The notes below the pieces were generated by a model. It ran no database searches. It had not been told where the DNA came from and saw only the letters and a list, made by a program, of their open reading frames with translations. A stretch of DNA of 64,000 nt. Source: an uncultured Gammaproteobacteria bacterium. GTDB taxonomy: Bacteria > Patescibacteriota > Microgenomatia > Levybacterales > UBA12049. The DNA lies in NCBI GenBank assembly GCA_964553245.1, contig CAZKJM010000001.1:447555-511554 (forward strand), given 5' to 3'. Made by a program: the position numbers and the translations under genes. Each line of letters starts with the position of its first letter. Position 1 is the first letter of the stretch. Below are positions 25,483 to 35,799 of this stretch, one piece after another.

Positions 25483-26408
25483 TAGACCTTTCAAAATTAG
25501 GATATAACAAACCTCTTTTTATTTTACCCTTTGATCATAGAGCCTCATTTATAAAAGGGATTTTTGGAGATGAGGTTAAAGAAATCAACAATGTTCAAAA
25601 ACAAAAAATTATTGAAGAAAAACAAATGATATACGAAGCATTTAAAAAAGCGATTTTGGAAAAAATTCCAAAAGAAAATGCAGCAATTTTGGTTGATGAA
25701 GAATTCGGTGATTTGATTTTGCAGGACGCGGTTAAAAATAATTTTAACACTTGTCTTACAACAGAAAAAAGCGGACAGGAAATTTTTGATTTTGAATACG
25801 GAGACAAATTTCCTGAACATATAAAAAAATACAATCCAAAATTTGTTAAAGCGCTAATAAGATATAACCCTGAGGGAGAGGTAGAGGTAAATAAAAATCA
25901 AGAAGAAAAATTAAGACTACTTAATAATTATTGTCATAACGAAGGTTATTTATTTTTGCTGGAAGTTTTAATTCCTCCAACAAAAAACCAATTAGAAAAA
26001 ACTGGTGGAAATTTAATTGTTTACGAAGAAAGCGTAAAGCCAGAATTAGCTTTAAGAATGATTGATTTACTAAGAAAAGCAAGTATTGAGCCGGATGTTT
26101 GGAAGCTTGAGGGTTTAAGCTCTAAGAAAAATTACGAAAAAACTTGTTTAAAAATCAAAGAGGGAAATAGGAAAAACGTTTCGGTAGTAATTTTAGGAAG
26201 AGGAGAAAAGAAAGAGCTGGTTGATAAATGGATAGTTCAGGGCGCAAGAGAAAAGGGAGTAATAGGTTTTGCGATTGGAAGAACAGTTTTTTGGCAGCCA
26301 TTAGTAAGTTACAGAAATAAAAATTTAACAAAAGAAGAAGCAATAGATATAATAAGTAGTAATTATCAATACTATTACCAATTATTTATTGATAATAAAA
26401 ATCTATGA
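25479..26408 (+). CDS. TIM-barrel aldolase-like protein (LacD/DUF2090-type), tentative
   Basis: The N-terminus (ILPFDHRASFIKGIF) resembles the tagatose-bisphosphate-aldolase / DUF2090 start. It overlaps the PfkB kinase by 4 nt. The PfkB-DUF2090 pairing is recalled from inositol-type clusters. Confidence 0.4.
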   Translation: MIDLSKLGYNKPLFILPFDHRASFIKGIFGDEVKEINNVQKQKIIEEKQMIYEAFKKAILEKIPKENAAILVDEEFGDLILQDAVKNNFNTCLTTEKSGQEIFDFEYGDKFPEHIKKYNPKFVKALIRYNPEGEVEVNKNQEEKLRLLNNYCHNEGYLFLLEVLIPPTKNQLEKTGGNLIVYEESVKPELALRMIDLLRKASIEPDVWKLEGLSSKKNYEKTCLKIKEGNRKNVSVVILGRGEKKELVDKWIVQGAREKGVIGFAIGRTVFWQPLVSYRNKNLTKEEAIDIISSNYQYYYQLFIDNKNL

Positions 26409-26854
26409 AGATTTTTTTAGCAGCAGACCACGCAGGATTTGAGTTAAAAGAAGAGGTAAAAAAATATTTACTGGAAAAAGGAATAACTATTGAGGATTGC
26501 GGTGCAGAAATATTCCATCCGGAAGATGATTACCCTGATTTTGTCCAATTAGCTGCAAGAAAAGTTGCTGAAAATTCAAAATCAATGGGAATTGTTTTTG
26601 GAAAATCAGGAGCAGGAGAGGCAATTGTTGCCAATAAAATAAAAGGAATAAGAGCAATTCTAGGGTTTAACAAGGAGAACGTTATCCTTTCAAGACAGCA
26701 TAATGATGCAAACGTGCTTTCCTTGGGCTCTCAATTCGTTTCAAAAGACGAGGTAAAAGAATTAGTTGACTTTTTTTTAAACACGCCTTTTTCCAATGAA
26801 GATCGCCACAAAAGAAGAATCGAAAAAATAACAGAAATAGAAAAAGAGTCATAA
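26405..26854 (+). CDS. rpiB: Ribose-5-phosphate isomerase B (RpiB/LacAB family)
   Basis: MKIFLAADHAGFELKEEV…GIVFGKSGAGEAIVANKIKGIRAIL matches the RpiB signature. Confidence 0.8.
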   Translation: MKIFLAADHAGFELKEEVKKYLLEKGITIEDCGAEIFHPEDDYPDFVQLAARKVAENSKSMGIVFGKSGAGEAIVANKIKGIRAILGFNKENVILSRQHNDANVLSLGSQFVSKDEVKELVDFFLNTPFSNEDRHKRRIEKITEIEKES

Positions 26855-26858
26855 GTAT

Positions 26859-27488
26859 ATGTGGGAAATTATTCCTGGAATATTGGAAAAAGACTGGAAT
26901 TCAATTGAGGGAAAGATAGGGCTTATTAAGTCTTTTGCAAAGACAATACAAATAGATGTTATTGATGGAAAATTTGCGCCAAACGCTACTTTTTTAGACC
27001 CAAAACCATTTAAAAAATATTCTGGCGACATTTTTTTTGAAGTTCAACTAATGGTTGAAAACCCACTGGATTACATAGAAAATTTTGCAAACGCAGGTTT
27101 TAAAAGATTTATAGGCCAAATAGAAGAAATGCCGGATCAAAAAACCTTTATCGATTTTGCGAAAAAATTTGGAGAAGCAGGATTAGCAATTGATGCTCAA
27201 ACGTCATTGGATAACATAAAGGTGGATTTTAATTACCCTGACTGTTTTACATTAATGAGCGTTAAAGCTGGTTTTTCGGGGCAACTGTTTATTTCATCTG
27301 TCTTGGAAAAGACAAAAGCCTTAAGAGAAAAAACTTTAAAGCCAATAGAGATAGACGGTGGGATAAATAGAAGTACAATAAGAGGGGTTAAAGAATTTGG
27401 CGCAAACAGATGTGTGGTAAATAGTGCATTATTTAAAGCAAATAATTTAAAAAATGAATTTGAAAACCTTCGTGATTTATCATTTTAG
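26859..27488 (+). CDS. rpe: Ribulose-phosphate 3-epimerase-like protein
   Basis: IIPGIL…IDVIDGKFAPNATF…VQLMVENP resembles Rpe motifs (IDVMDGHFVPNLTF, HLMV). Confidence 0.65.
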   Translation: MWEIIPGILEKDWNSIEGKIGLIKSFAKTIQIDVIDGKFAPNATFLDPKPFKKYSGDIFFEVQLMVENPLDYIENFANAGFKRFIGQIEEMPDQKTFIDFAKKFGEAGLAIDAQTSLDNIKVDFNYPDCFTLMSVKAGFSGQLFISSVLEKTKALREKTLKPIEIDGGINRSTIRGVKEFGANRCVVNSALFKANNLKNEFENLRDLSF

Positions 27489-29674
27489 TTTATAGCAACG
27501 GGAACAGCGCTTGGGGTAGCAATAAAAGTGCAATTTACAATTTTTTCCGTTCCTTTTATGAAATATTCATTTTTACTTTGGCAAAACTTACTAACAATGT
27601 TTTCTGGAACGATAGGCGTTTCTTTTGGTTTATCTTTAATAAGGTGAGTCATAAGCTTATTCCAAATCGGTGCAGCTCCTGTTATTCCGGAGGCAATTCC
27701 ACTCATCGGGCTATTGTCGTTATTTCCGACCCATACGGCAACAAGTACGGATTGAGTATATCCAATAGTCCAGTTATCCCTTATGTTATTTGAAGTTCCT
27801 GTTTTAACCGATACATATTTACCAGGAATGTTTAAGGGAGAATTTGTTCCAAACTCAATTGCTCTTGCATTATTGTCAGCTAAAATATCGGAGATAATGA
27901 ACGCAACCCCTTTATCCAGTATTCTTGTTTTTGAAATATTTTTCTTTTCGTATAAAACTTCTCCTTTTGAATCGGTTACTTTTAATAATGGGTTAAGATT
28001 TACTTTTTCTCCCTGATTTGCCAAGGATCCATAGGCTACTGCCATATCAGTCATTTTTACCTCCGCTGCCCCAAGAGTTATTGAGAGTCCGTAATCTTTA
28101 GCCTCTTTCCATGTGGTTATTCCCATCCTTTTTGCCAAGCCGACCATTTTTTCGATACCGATTTTATTCAATGTTTTAACAGCTGGAATATTGATTGAAT
28201 TTCCGAGAGCGGTTCTTAATGTCATAAGCCCCCTAAATTGTCCATCGTAATTAACCGGAATATAATCTTCTGCTCCCGAAAACCTAAATCTTATAGGAGA
28301 ATCGTCAATTAAAGTTGCAGATGTAAATCCATTGTTTAACGCTTCGCTGTAGGTAATTACTTTTATTGTTGAGCCGGGTTGTCTTAGGGCTGTTGTAACA
28401 TTATAGTTTCCGCTTGCAGGGTCTTCGTAATCTTTACTTCCAACCATTGCTAAAATATCACCGTTTTTTGGGTTGGTTATTAATGCTGCGCCATTGGTTA
28501 AGTTATAAAAATAACTATTGCTGACTTCGTTTCTTACTGTTTCTTCGGCAAATTCTTGAGTTTTTAGATCAAGGCTTGTGACAACATTTAGTCCTCCCTT
28601 TTCAACCATTGGAAGCCCGTATTTTTTAATAAGTTGTTCTTTTATATACATTACAAAGTGAGGTGCAAGAATCGGCGATTGGGGAGAGCGAATATTTAAT
28701 TCTTCTTGTATTGCTTGCTCTTTTTGTTTTTTAGTAATATATCTTAGTTCTTGCATTCTTTCCAAAACCTCTTTTTGCCTTTTTTTCCATAAATCAGGAT
28801 TTTCTCCGTAAGGGGAATAAATACTTGGTGCCTTTGGCATCCCTGCTAAAAATGCAGCCTCTGCCAGTGATACATCTTTAACTGATTTATTAAAGTATGT
28901 TTGTGAAGCAGCTTCTATTCCCCAAGAAGTCCCGCCATATGGAACTTGATTGAAGTACATTTGTAAAATTTGGTCTTTTGTGTAAATTTGCTCTGCCCAG
29001 AAAGCCAAAATAATTTCTTTTATTTTTCTTTCTATAGTAATTTCCGGAGTTAATAAGCTCGATTTAATTAATTGTTGAGTAATTGTTGATCCTCCCTGAA
29101 GAGGTTCTCCGGAAAGGTCTGCGATTGCAGCTCTAACTATAGCTGTTAAATCAAACCCTGGATTTTTATAAAAATCCTTGTCTTCTATTGCAATAGTTGC
29201 GTCTTTTAAATATTTTGGAATATTGGACAAGGGCACAATGGTTCTATTTTGATTTGCGTAAATTTGGTATAAGAGCTTATTGTTTCGATCGTAAATTTTC
29301 GTGGTTTGAGCAATTTCTGCTCCTGATAAGGTTTTTGGATCAGGCAAATTTTGAAGAAAAATTAAAACTAATAAGGGTATAAAAACTAAAAATAACGAGC
29401 AAAAAACCCCGATTATAAAATATCTAAATTTCGTAAAAAAGGGTAGAGGGAAAAGTTTCACTGGTTTTTTGTGTTTCAGTTTTTTAATTTTTATTTTCTT
29501 TTTCTTCTCAGAGATTTTATATTTAAAAACAGGAAGCTTGGTCTTTTTTACTCTTATTTTAGAAAAAAATGTTTTTACAAGAGATAACGGCAGTTTTAAG
29601 ATAAAAAGCGTAATATCTCCGATAAGAATGAAAAAATTAGTTATTAAAACAATAATTTTTAAAATTATTCCCAT
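27485..29674 (-). CDS. Class A penicillin-binding protein (bifunctional glycosyltransferase GT51 / transpeptidase), PBP1A-like
   Basis: Carries the GT51 motifs EDKDFYKNPGFD and GGSTITQQL and the TP motifs RQPGSTIK, SxN and KTGT, with an N-terminal TM. Confidence 0.85.
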   Translation of the reverse strand: MGIILKIIVLITNFFILIGDITLFILKLPLSLVKTFFSKIRVKKTKLPVFKYKISEKKKKIKIKKLKHKKPVKLFPLPFFTKFRYFIIGVFCSLFLVFIPLLVLIFLQNLPDPKTLSGAEIAQTTKIYDRNNKLLYQIYANQNRTIVPLSNIPKYLKDATIAIEDKDFYKNPGFDLTAIVRAAIADLSGEPLQGGSTITQQLIKSSLLTPEITIERKIKEIILAFWAEQIYTKDQILQMYFNQVPYGGTSWGIEAASQTYFNKSVKDVSLAEAAFLAGMPKAPSIYSPYGENPDLWKKRQKEVLERMQELRYITKKQKEQAIQEELNIRSPQSPILAPHFVMYIKEQLIKKYGLPMVEKGGLNVVTSLDLKTQEFAEETVRNEVSNSYFYNLTNGAALITNPKNGDILAMVGSKDYEDPASGNYNVTTALRQPGSTIKVITYSEALNNGFTSATLIDDSPIRFRFSGAEDYIPVNYDGQFRGLMTLRTALGNSINIPAVKTLNKIGIEKMVGLAKRMGITTWKEAKDYGLSITLGAAEVKMTDMAVAYGSLANQGEKVNLNPLLKVTDSKGEVLYEKKNISKTRILDKGVAFIISDILADNNARAIEFGTNSPLNIPGKYVSVKTGTSNNIRDNWTIGYTQSVLVAVWVGNNDNSPMSGIASGITGAAPIWNKLMTHLIKDKPKETPIVPENIVSKFCQSKNEYFIKGTEKIVNCTFIATPSAVPVAIN

Positions 29675-29770
29675 ATTTTAAAAGAGGCAGATTAATAAAA
29701 ATAAATTCAAAAGATAAAATCAGGTTTGCCAAATTATACTATAGGAGCCTTTTAAAGAAAAGGACTTCTT

Positions 29771-31945
29771 TTATGGAGTTGGTGATGGGGTTAAAGTTGG
29801 TGATGGATGGGGACAATTTAAACAATACTTATCTCCGGTAAGATCTGTAATTATTTGTTGCTCTTTTAATTCTAAATTATCTGTTTTCCCCGGAGGGGGA
29901 AGATCTTGAGTATCTTTGTCAATCCAAACTTGCTGATTTGAAATGTTTGCGTATTTACCTTCAGTTCCTTTTATAAAATATTCGTAACGTGCTTGGCATC
30001 CTGATGGGCTATCTTTTGAGCTTGATAAAGATCCTGATAGTGAACATACTGATTTTTGAATTACATTTGAAGGTCGTTGAATTGACTGAGGTAGTTTATC
30101 TTTTAAAAGCCTAACCATGATTTCGTGCCAAATCGGTGCAGCTCCTGTTATACCGGAAACCAATCCGCTCATTGGGGTATTGTCATTATTTCCAACCCAC
30201 GTTGTAACAACATATGATGGAGTATAACCAATGGTCCAGTTGTCTCGGTAATCGTTTGTTGTTCCTGTTTTTACAGAAACAATTTGATTTGGAATTCTAA
30301 GTTCTGAATTTGAACCAAAGGCAATAAGTCTTGCGTTATTATCGGCTAAAATATCGGATATAATAAATGAAACGCCGTCAGGTAGCACTTTTTTCCCGAA
30401 AATTGGGCTTTTTGGCGGTATGTATTCCTCTAATGTCTTACCGCGTTTGTCGATTACTTTTAAAATCGGATGTAAGTCAACTTTATATCCTCCGGTTGCA
30501 AAAACACCGAAAGCCTGAGTCATATCATACATGGTGACTTCTCCTCCTCCAAGAGTAAGAGATAATCCGTAATCGTCAGGATTTTTAAAGGTTGTTATTC
30601 CCATTGCAGAAGCGGTTGCGATCATATTTTTTATTCCGTTTGCTTTTAGCATTTTTACAGCAGGGATGTTTAAAGAGCTTCCTAAAGAGTCTCTCATAGA
30701 AACAATTCCGTGGAATTTTCCGTCGTAATTAACCGGACAATAATTCTTTCCGCCCTGATTTGGAAAACAGGTTTTTTGATCTATAAAAGGCGTTGCTGGA
30801 GAGTAGCCATTGATTAATCCAACTGCATAATTAATTGGCTTTATAGAAGAACCCGGTTGTCTTAGGGAAAGAGCAACATTTACGTTTCCATCAATGTCGG
30901 TGTCAAAATAATTCCTGCTTCCAACCATTGCTAAAACTTCACCAGTTGATGGATTGGATACCATAGCGGCACCATTTGATACGCGGTAACTTTTGAGGCT
31001 TTTTACTTCCGCTGCAACTGTTGCCTGAACCATGTCCTGAATATCTAGATCAAGGCTGGTTGTGACTTTAAGTCCTCCTTCTTCAACAATTTTTTCTCCG
31101 TATTTTTTAATTAAAAGATCCCTAATAAAAAGGGAAAAATGAGGAGCTTTAATCGAAGTGGAAAAGCGTTTATAATTTAAAGGTTCTTTTTCCGCTTTTT
31201 CTTTTTGCTCTTTAGTTATATATTTTTCTTCGTACATTGCTTGAAGAACCTGAAATTGTCTTTGTTTTGCTCGTTCAGGATGGGAACCAAATGGGGAAAA
31301 AGCTGTTGGTGCTTCGGGAAGACCTGTTAAAAGAGCGGATTCGGCAAGATTTAATTCCTTTGCCTTTTTGCCAAAATATGTTTGCGCCGCAGCCTCTATT
31401 CCATAGGCGGTTCCTCCATAGGGTGTTTGATTAAGATACATTTCTAAAATTTTATTTTTTGAATATAAAAATTCTGTTGCGAATGCTAAAATGACTTCTT
31501 TTATTTTTCTGGTTATTGTCCTTTCTTGGCTGAGCAAACTATTTTTGACAAGTTGCTGAGTTAGAGTTGATCCTCCCTGAAGCTCTTTATGAAAAATAAT
31601 GGAGTAAGCTGCTCTTGTAATTCCTTTTAAATCGATTGCTCCATGTGAATAAAAATTTCGATCTTCTATTGCGATAGTAGCTTGTTGAATTTGCTTGGGA
31701 ATTTGCGAGAGAGGGATAAATGTTTGATCCTTAGAGCGATAAATATTATAAAGCAATTTTCCGTTTTTATCATAAATTTGACTAGATTGTGGATTTGAAG
31801 AGCTGCCTAATTTTGTTGGGGAAGGAAGATCTTTTAAAAAATAAATATAAAAAGGAATAAGGAGAACAATAAGAAAAGTAAAAATAAATATCAGTTTCTT
31901 AGGAATTTTTTTAGCTTTTTTTAGTTTCTTTTTAATGACCTGCAC
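29771..31945 (-). CDS. Class A penicillin-binding protein, second tandem paralogue
   Basis: EDRNFYSHGAIDLKG…GGSTLTQQL, RQPGSSIKP and KTGTT. It is collinear with the neighbouring PBP and has a Pro/Thr-rich C-terminal tail. Confidence 0.85.
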   Translation of the reverse strand: MQVIKKKLKKAKKIPKKLIFIFTFLIVLLIPFYIYFLKDLPSPTKLGSSSNPQSSQIYDKNGKLLYNIYRSKDQTFIPLSQIPKQIQQATIAIEDRNFYSHGAIDLKGITRAAYSIIFHKELQGGSTLTQQLVKNSLLSQERTITRKIKEVILAFATEFLYSKNKILEMYLNQTPYGGTAYGIEAAAQTYFGKKAKELNLAESALLTGLPEAPTAFSPFGSHPERAKQRQFQVLQAMYEEKYITKEQKEKAEKEPLNYKRFSTSIKAPHFSLFIRDLLIKKYGEKIVEEGGLKVTTSLDLDIQDMVQATVAAEVKSLKSYRVSNGAAMVSNPSTGEVLAMVGSRNYFDTDIDGNVNVALSLRQPGSSIKPINYAVGLINGYSPATPFIDQKTCFPNQGGKNYCPVNYDGKFHGIVSMRDSLGSSLNIPAVKMLKANGIKNMIATASAMGITTFKNPDDYGLSLTLGGGEVTMYDMTQAFGVFATGGYKVDLHPILKVIDKRGKTLEEYIPPKSPIFGKKVLPDGVSFIISDILADNNARLIAFGSNSELRIPNQIVSVKTGTTNDYRDNWTIGYTPSYVVTTWVGNNDNTPMSGLVSGITGAAPIWHEIMVRLLKDKLPQSIQRPSNVIQKSVCSLSGSLSSSKDSPSGCQARYEYFIKGTEGKYANISNQQVWIDKDTQDLPPPGKTDNLELKEQQIITDLTGDKYCLNCPHPSPTLTPSPTP

Positions 31946-31970
31946 AAGCCATATAATAGCATTATCTTAA

Positions 31971-33023
31971 TTGTCTGGCAATTATTTTAGGATCGGATAT
32001 AATAAAATTATGGACTTGAACTCTTTTTTTTACACGTTTTCACAAACAGGAGTTAATTGGATAGACTTATTAATCTTAATTGTAATTACCATTTATATGG
32101 TAGAAGGTTACATATTGGGGTTTTGGTCTTCTTTCTATGATTTTTTAAGCTTTATTTTCTCTTTTATTGCCGGACTTAGCTTTTATCATTTACTATCAAA
32201 ATTGTTAGTCAGTTATTTTTCCATTCCCCAAGGTTTTGCAAACGCAGCCTCTTTTTTTGTTATAGCTTTTTTATTCGAATTAATAATTAGCTTTATAATT
32301 AAAAATCTTGCAATGCTTAAATCTGAAAAAGAAGTTAAAGAAAGCGATAAAACGGATTTTTGGGATAAGATATTAGGAATAATTCCTTCTGTTTTGTCTG
32401 CGATAGTCTTGATTTCTTTTGTTTTAACAATGATTACTTCATTACCCTTGTCACTATTTTTAAAACAATCAGTTTCAAACTCGGTAACGGGTAATATTTT
32501 AGTTGAAAAAACGCAATGGTTTTCCAAGAACATAAACTCTATTTTCGGGCAGGCCGTAAATGACACCCTGTCTTTTTTAACTGTTGAGCCTCAAAGCAAC
32601 GAAACAGTAAATTTAAATTTTAAAGTAAAAATTCCTAAGATTGATCAGTCTTCGGAAAATAAAATGCTTGAGCTTATTAATATGGAAAGACAAATAAGAG
32701 GGTTATCAAAGCTTGAAATGTCCTATGATTCACAAAAACTTGCAAGACATTATTGCGAAGATATGTTAAAGCGCGGGTATTTTTCGCATTATTCCCCTGA
32801 GGGATTTTCTCCTTTTGACAGAATGGCACAGTTTGATATTTATTATACTTATGCAGGCGAAAACTTAGCATTTGCCCCCAATGTTCAACTGGCAATGCGG
32901 GGATTAATGCAGAGCAAAGGACACAGAGAAAATATTTTATCAAGCGAATTTAAAAAAGTCGGTGTTGGAGTTGCGGATGGAGGAATATACGGACAAATGT
33001 ATTGTCAGGAGTTTACAGATTAA
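31971..33023 (+). CDS. CvpA-family membrane protein fused to a C-terminal CAP/SCP (PR-1-like) domain
   Basis: The N-terminal ~170 aa have four TM helices (CvpA-like). The C-terminal domain carries SCP-like motifs (…RHYCEDMLKRGYFSHYSPEG…GENLAF…GHRENIL…). Confidence 0.55.
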   Translation: MSGNYFRIGYNKIMDLNSFFYTFSQTGVNWIDLLILIVITIYMVEGYILGFWSSFYDFLSFIFSFIAGLSFYHLLSKLLVSYFSIPQGFANAASFFVIAFLFELIISFIIKNLAMLKSEKEVKESDKTDFWDKILGIIPSVLSAIVLISFVLTMITSLPLSLFLKQSVSNSVTGNILVEKTQWFSKNINSIFGQAVNDTLSFLTVEPQSNETVNLNFKVKIPKIDQSSENKMLELINMERQIRGLSKLEMSYDSQKLARHYCEDMLKRGYFSHYSPEGFSPFDRMAQFDIYYTYAGENLAFAPNVQLAMRGLMQSKGHRENILSSEFKKVGVGVADGGIYGQMYCQEFTD

Positions 33024-33025
33024 AT

Positions 33026-34054
33026 ATGAAAAACAAACTGCCCGTTTTAGATAAAAAGTTAATAAGCAATAAGAAGGTTTTTTTAAGACTTGATTTAGAT
33101 GTTCCTATCATAAACGGGGAAATCAAAGATGAAACCAGATTAATCGCAGGCTTAAAGACTTTGCAGTTTTTATTAAATTATTCCTCAAAAATAATTATTT
33201 GTGGACATTTGGGAAGACCAATCGGTTTTGATAAAAATTTTAGTTTAAAGCCGGTTGCAGAATGGTTTAGGGACAAGCTTAAAGTTCAGAGCTCAAAGTT
33301 CAAAAACGAGAGAATGGGAGAATTTTTGGGTTGGGAAATCGGCGAAAAAATCTTTTTATTGGAAAATATCCGTTTTTATGAAGAAGAAGAAAGAAGCGAT
33401 AAAAAATTCAGCAAAAAATTAGCGCATTTGGCAGATATTTATGTAAATGACGCATTTGCAGCATCTCACAGAAACCATGCATCAATAGCGGGTGTTCCAA
33501 AATACTTAACTCATTTTGCAGGATTTAATCTTGAAAATGAGATTAAAAATCTTTCTTTGGTTTTTGAAAATCCTATGAGACCATTAACTGTGATTATTGG
33601 CGGAGCTAAGATAGAGACAAAGCTTCCGCTTGTTGAAAAAATGGATAAAATTGCTGATTCAATTTTAATTGGCGGAAAAATAGCGTTGGAGAAAAATAAG
33701 ATTAAAACCAAAGATAATAAAGTATATATTGCTGTTTTAAATAAAGAAGAAATGGACATAAACCAAGACGATATTTCATTTTTCAAAAAAATCATTAATA
33801 GATCAAGAATGATCATTTGGAACGGACCAGTCGGAAAAATAGAGGAAAAAGAATATCAAAAGGGAACAGAAAAAGTTGCTAGGGCAATTATTCAAACAAA
33901 AGTTTTTTCGATAGTTGGCGGTGGGGATACGATTGATTTTATTAATAAAATAGGCTTAATAAATAAATTTTCCTTTATCTCAACTGGTGGAGGGGCGATG
34001 TTGTCTTTTTTATCGGGCGAAAAGCTTCCCGGAATTGAAGTTTTAAAAACATAA
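33026..34054 (+). CDS. pgk: Phosphoglycerate kinase
   Basis: PGK N-domain motif VFLRLDLDVPI…DETRLIAGLKTL…CGHLGRP. The track start at 33002 overlaps cvpA, so the Met at 33026 is preferred. Confidence 0.8.
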   Translation: MKNKLPVLDKKLISNKKVFLRLDLDVPIINGEIKDETRLIAGLKTLQFLLNYSSKIIICGHLGRPIGFDKNFSLKPVAEWFRDKLKVQSSKFKNERMGEFLGWEIGEKIFLLENIRFYEEEERSDKKFSKKLAHLADIYVNDAFAASHRNHASIAGVPKYLTHFAGFNLENEIKNLSLVFENPMRPLTVIIGGAKIETKLPLVEKMDKIADSILIGGKIALEKNKIKTKDNKVYIAVLNKEEMDINQDDISFFKKIINRSRMIIWNGPVGKIEEKEYQKGTEKVARAIIQTKVFSIVGGGDTIDFINKIGLINKFSFISTGGGAMLSFLSGEKLPGIEVLKT

Positions 34055-34094
34055 AGTATTGAACCTTCTGATTTAAAAAGTATATACTATTTAT

Positions 34095-35168
34095 ATGTTT
34101 CGCGTTGCAATTAATGGTTACGGAAGAATTGGAAGAATTGCCCATAGGGTAATTTTGGAACGTTTTTCGGAACATATAGATTTAGTTGCTATAAACGCCG
34201 GATCCTCAACGGATATTAAGGGGTGGATGAATCTTTTAAAATATGATACTGCTTATGGTCCAATTTTATCCTTAAACATAAATTATCAGGATCCTGAGCC
34301 AATGCCTTTGATAAAGGATTTAGTTGGTTATTTAATTATTGAAGATAAAAAAATACCTGTTACTTCTCAAAAAGACCCAATGCTTCTTCCCTGGCAAGAT
34401 TTGGAAGTAGACGTAGTTATTGAATCAACAGGTCATTTTACGACCCTTGAAAAACTCCAGAAGCATTTAAATGCAGGTGCAAAATCAGTTATTTTATCAG
34501 CTCCGTCAAAAGGCGAGGGGGTACCAACTTATGTTTTGGGAGTAAATGCCCAAGATTATCAGGGAGAAAAAATTATCAATAATGCTTCGTGTACAACCAA
34601 CTGCATTGCGCCGGTTGCCAAAATTATGGTTGATAATTTTGGCGTGGAAAAAGCAATGATGACAACAATACACAGCTATACTTCGGATCAAAAACTTCAC
34701 GATGGTGGGCATAGCGATTACAGAAGATCAAGAGCAGCTGCTTACAATATTGTTCCTACATCAACCGGCGCTGCTATTGCAACAGGAGAAGTAGTTGGGG
34801 AGTTAAAGGAAGTATTCGAAGGCTTGGCAGTTAGAGTACCTGTAATAGTTGGGTCGCTTTCTGATTTTACTTTTGTTTTAAAAAAAGAAACAACAGTAGA
34901 TGAAGTTAATAATATTTTAAAACAGGCATCGGAAGACCCAAATTATGAAGGGATCTTAATGACATCAGAAGAACCGATTGTTTCTTCTGATATAATAGGA
35001 AATCCATATTCGTCTATAGTTGATTTATCTTTAACTCAAGTAATCGGAAATCTGGTTAAGATAGTTGCATGGTACGATAACGAATATGGTTATGCAAACA
35101 GGTTAATAGAGGAAGTGTTAATGGTTGGAAATTATTTAAATCAAAAACTGCCCCAATCCAATAGTTAG
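34095..35168 (+). CDS. gap: Glyceraldehyde-3-phosphate dehydrogenase
   Basis: NGYGRIGR NAD-binding motif and the catalytic ASCTTNC. Confidence 0.9.
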   Translation: MFRVAINGYGRIGRIAHRVILERFSEHIDLVAINAGSSTDIKGWMNLLKYDTAYGPILSLNINYQDPEPMPLIKDLVGYLIIEDKKIPVTSQKDPMLLPWQDLEVDVVIESTGHFTTLEKLQKHLNAGAKSVILSAPSKGEGVPTYVLGVNAQDYQGEKIINNASCTTNCIAPVAKIMVDNFGVEKAMMTTIHSYTSDQKLHDGGHSDYRRSRAAAYNIVPTSTGAAIATGEVVGELKEVFEGLAVRVPVIVGSLSDFTFVLKKETTVDEVNNILKQASEDPNYEGILMTSEEPIVSSDIIGNPYSSIVDLSLTQVIGNLVKIVAWYDNEYGYANRLIEEVLMVGNYLNQKLPQSNS

Positions 35169-35170
35169 TT

Positions 35171-35755
35171 ATGGTTAAGCAAAAAGCATTACAAGATATA
35201 AAGGTTATTACAGTTTCGGGAAGAATTGCTTCTGGGGCAACAACGCTGGCAAAAAACCTCGCGGACGCTTTGGGCTGGAAATTGTTGGAAGGCGGGGCGC
35301 TATTTGAAAAAATTCATCAGGAATTAAACCTTGATCAGGAAATGGTAGATAAAAGACCGGATCATTTTGATCTAGAATACGAAAAGAAGGTAAAGCAAAT
35401 TTGTAAAAATGATAAAAATATAATTATCCAAAGCCATCTTGCAGGATATGATGCACAGGGAATAAATGGAGTTTTTAAAATACTAGTCGAGTGCACGGAT
35501 CACGGCATTGATAAGCCAGAAATAAGGATAGATAGGCTTGTTAATAGAGATGGAATCAACACTCAAAAGGCAAAGCAGGAGGTTTTGGAAAGAGAAAGAC
35601 GACATCTAGAGAAATTCAGGAGACTTTATGCAAATGGGGATAGTAATTGGGTTTATTGGGATAAAAAGTATTATGATTTAATCATAAATACATTCACTTA
35701 CAATAAAGAAGAGAGTTTAGAGTTAGCGTTTAAAAAAATCGGAATAACAGAATAA
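35171..35755 (+). CDS. Cytidylate-kinase-like P-loop NMP kinase
   Basis: Degenerate P-loop VSGRIASGATTLAKNLADALGW, similar to archaeal-type Cmk. Confidence 0.45.
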   Translation: MVKQKALQDIKVITVSGRIASGATTLAKNLADALGWKLLEGGALFEKIHQELNLDQEMVDKRPDHFDLEYEKKVKQICKNDKNIIIQSHLAGYDAQGINGVFKILVECTDHGIDKPEIRIDRLVNRDGINTQKAKQEVLERERRHLEKFRRLYANGDSNWVYWDKKYYDLIINTFTYNKEESLELAFKKIGITE

Positions 35756-35799
35756 TCTCCTTATTGATTATTATGTTATAATAGGCTAGATTTAGCATT

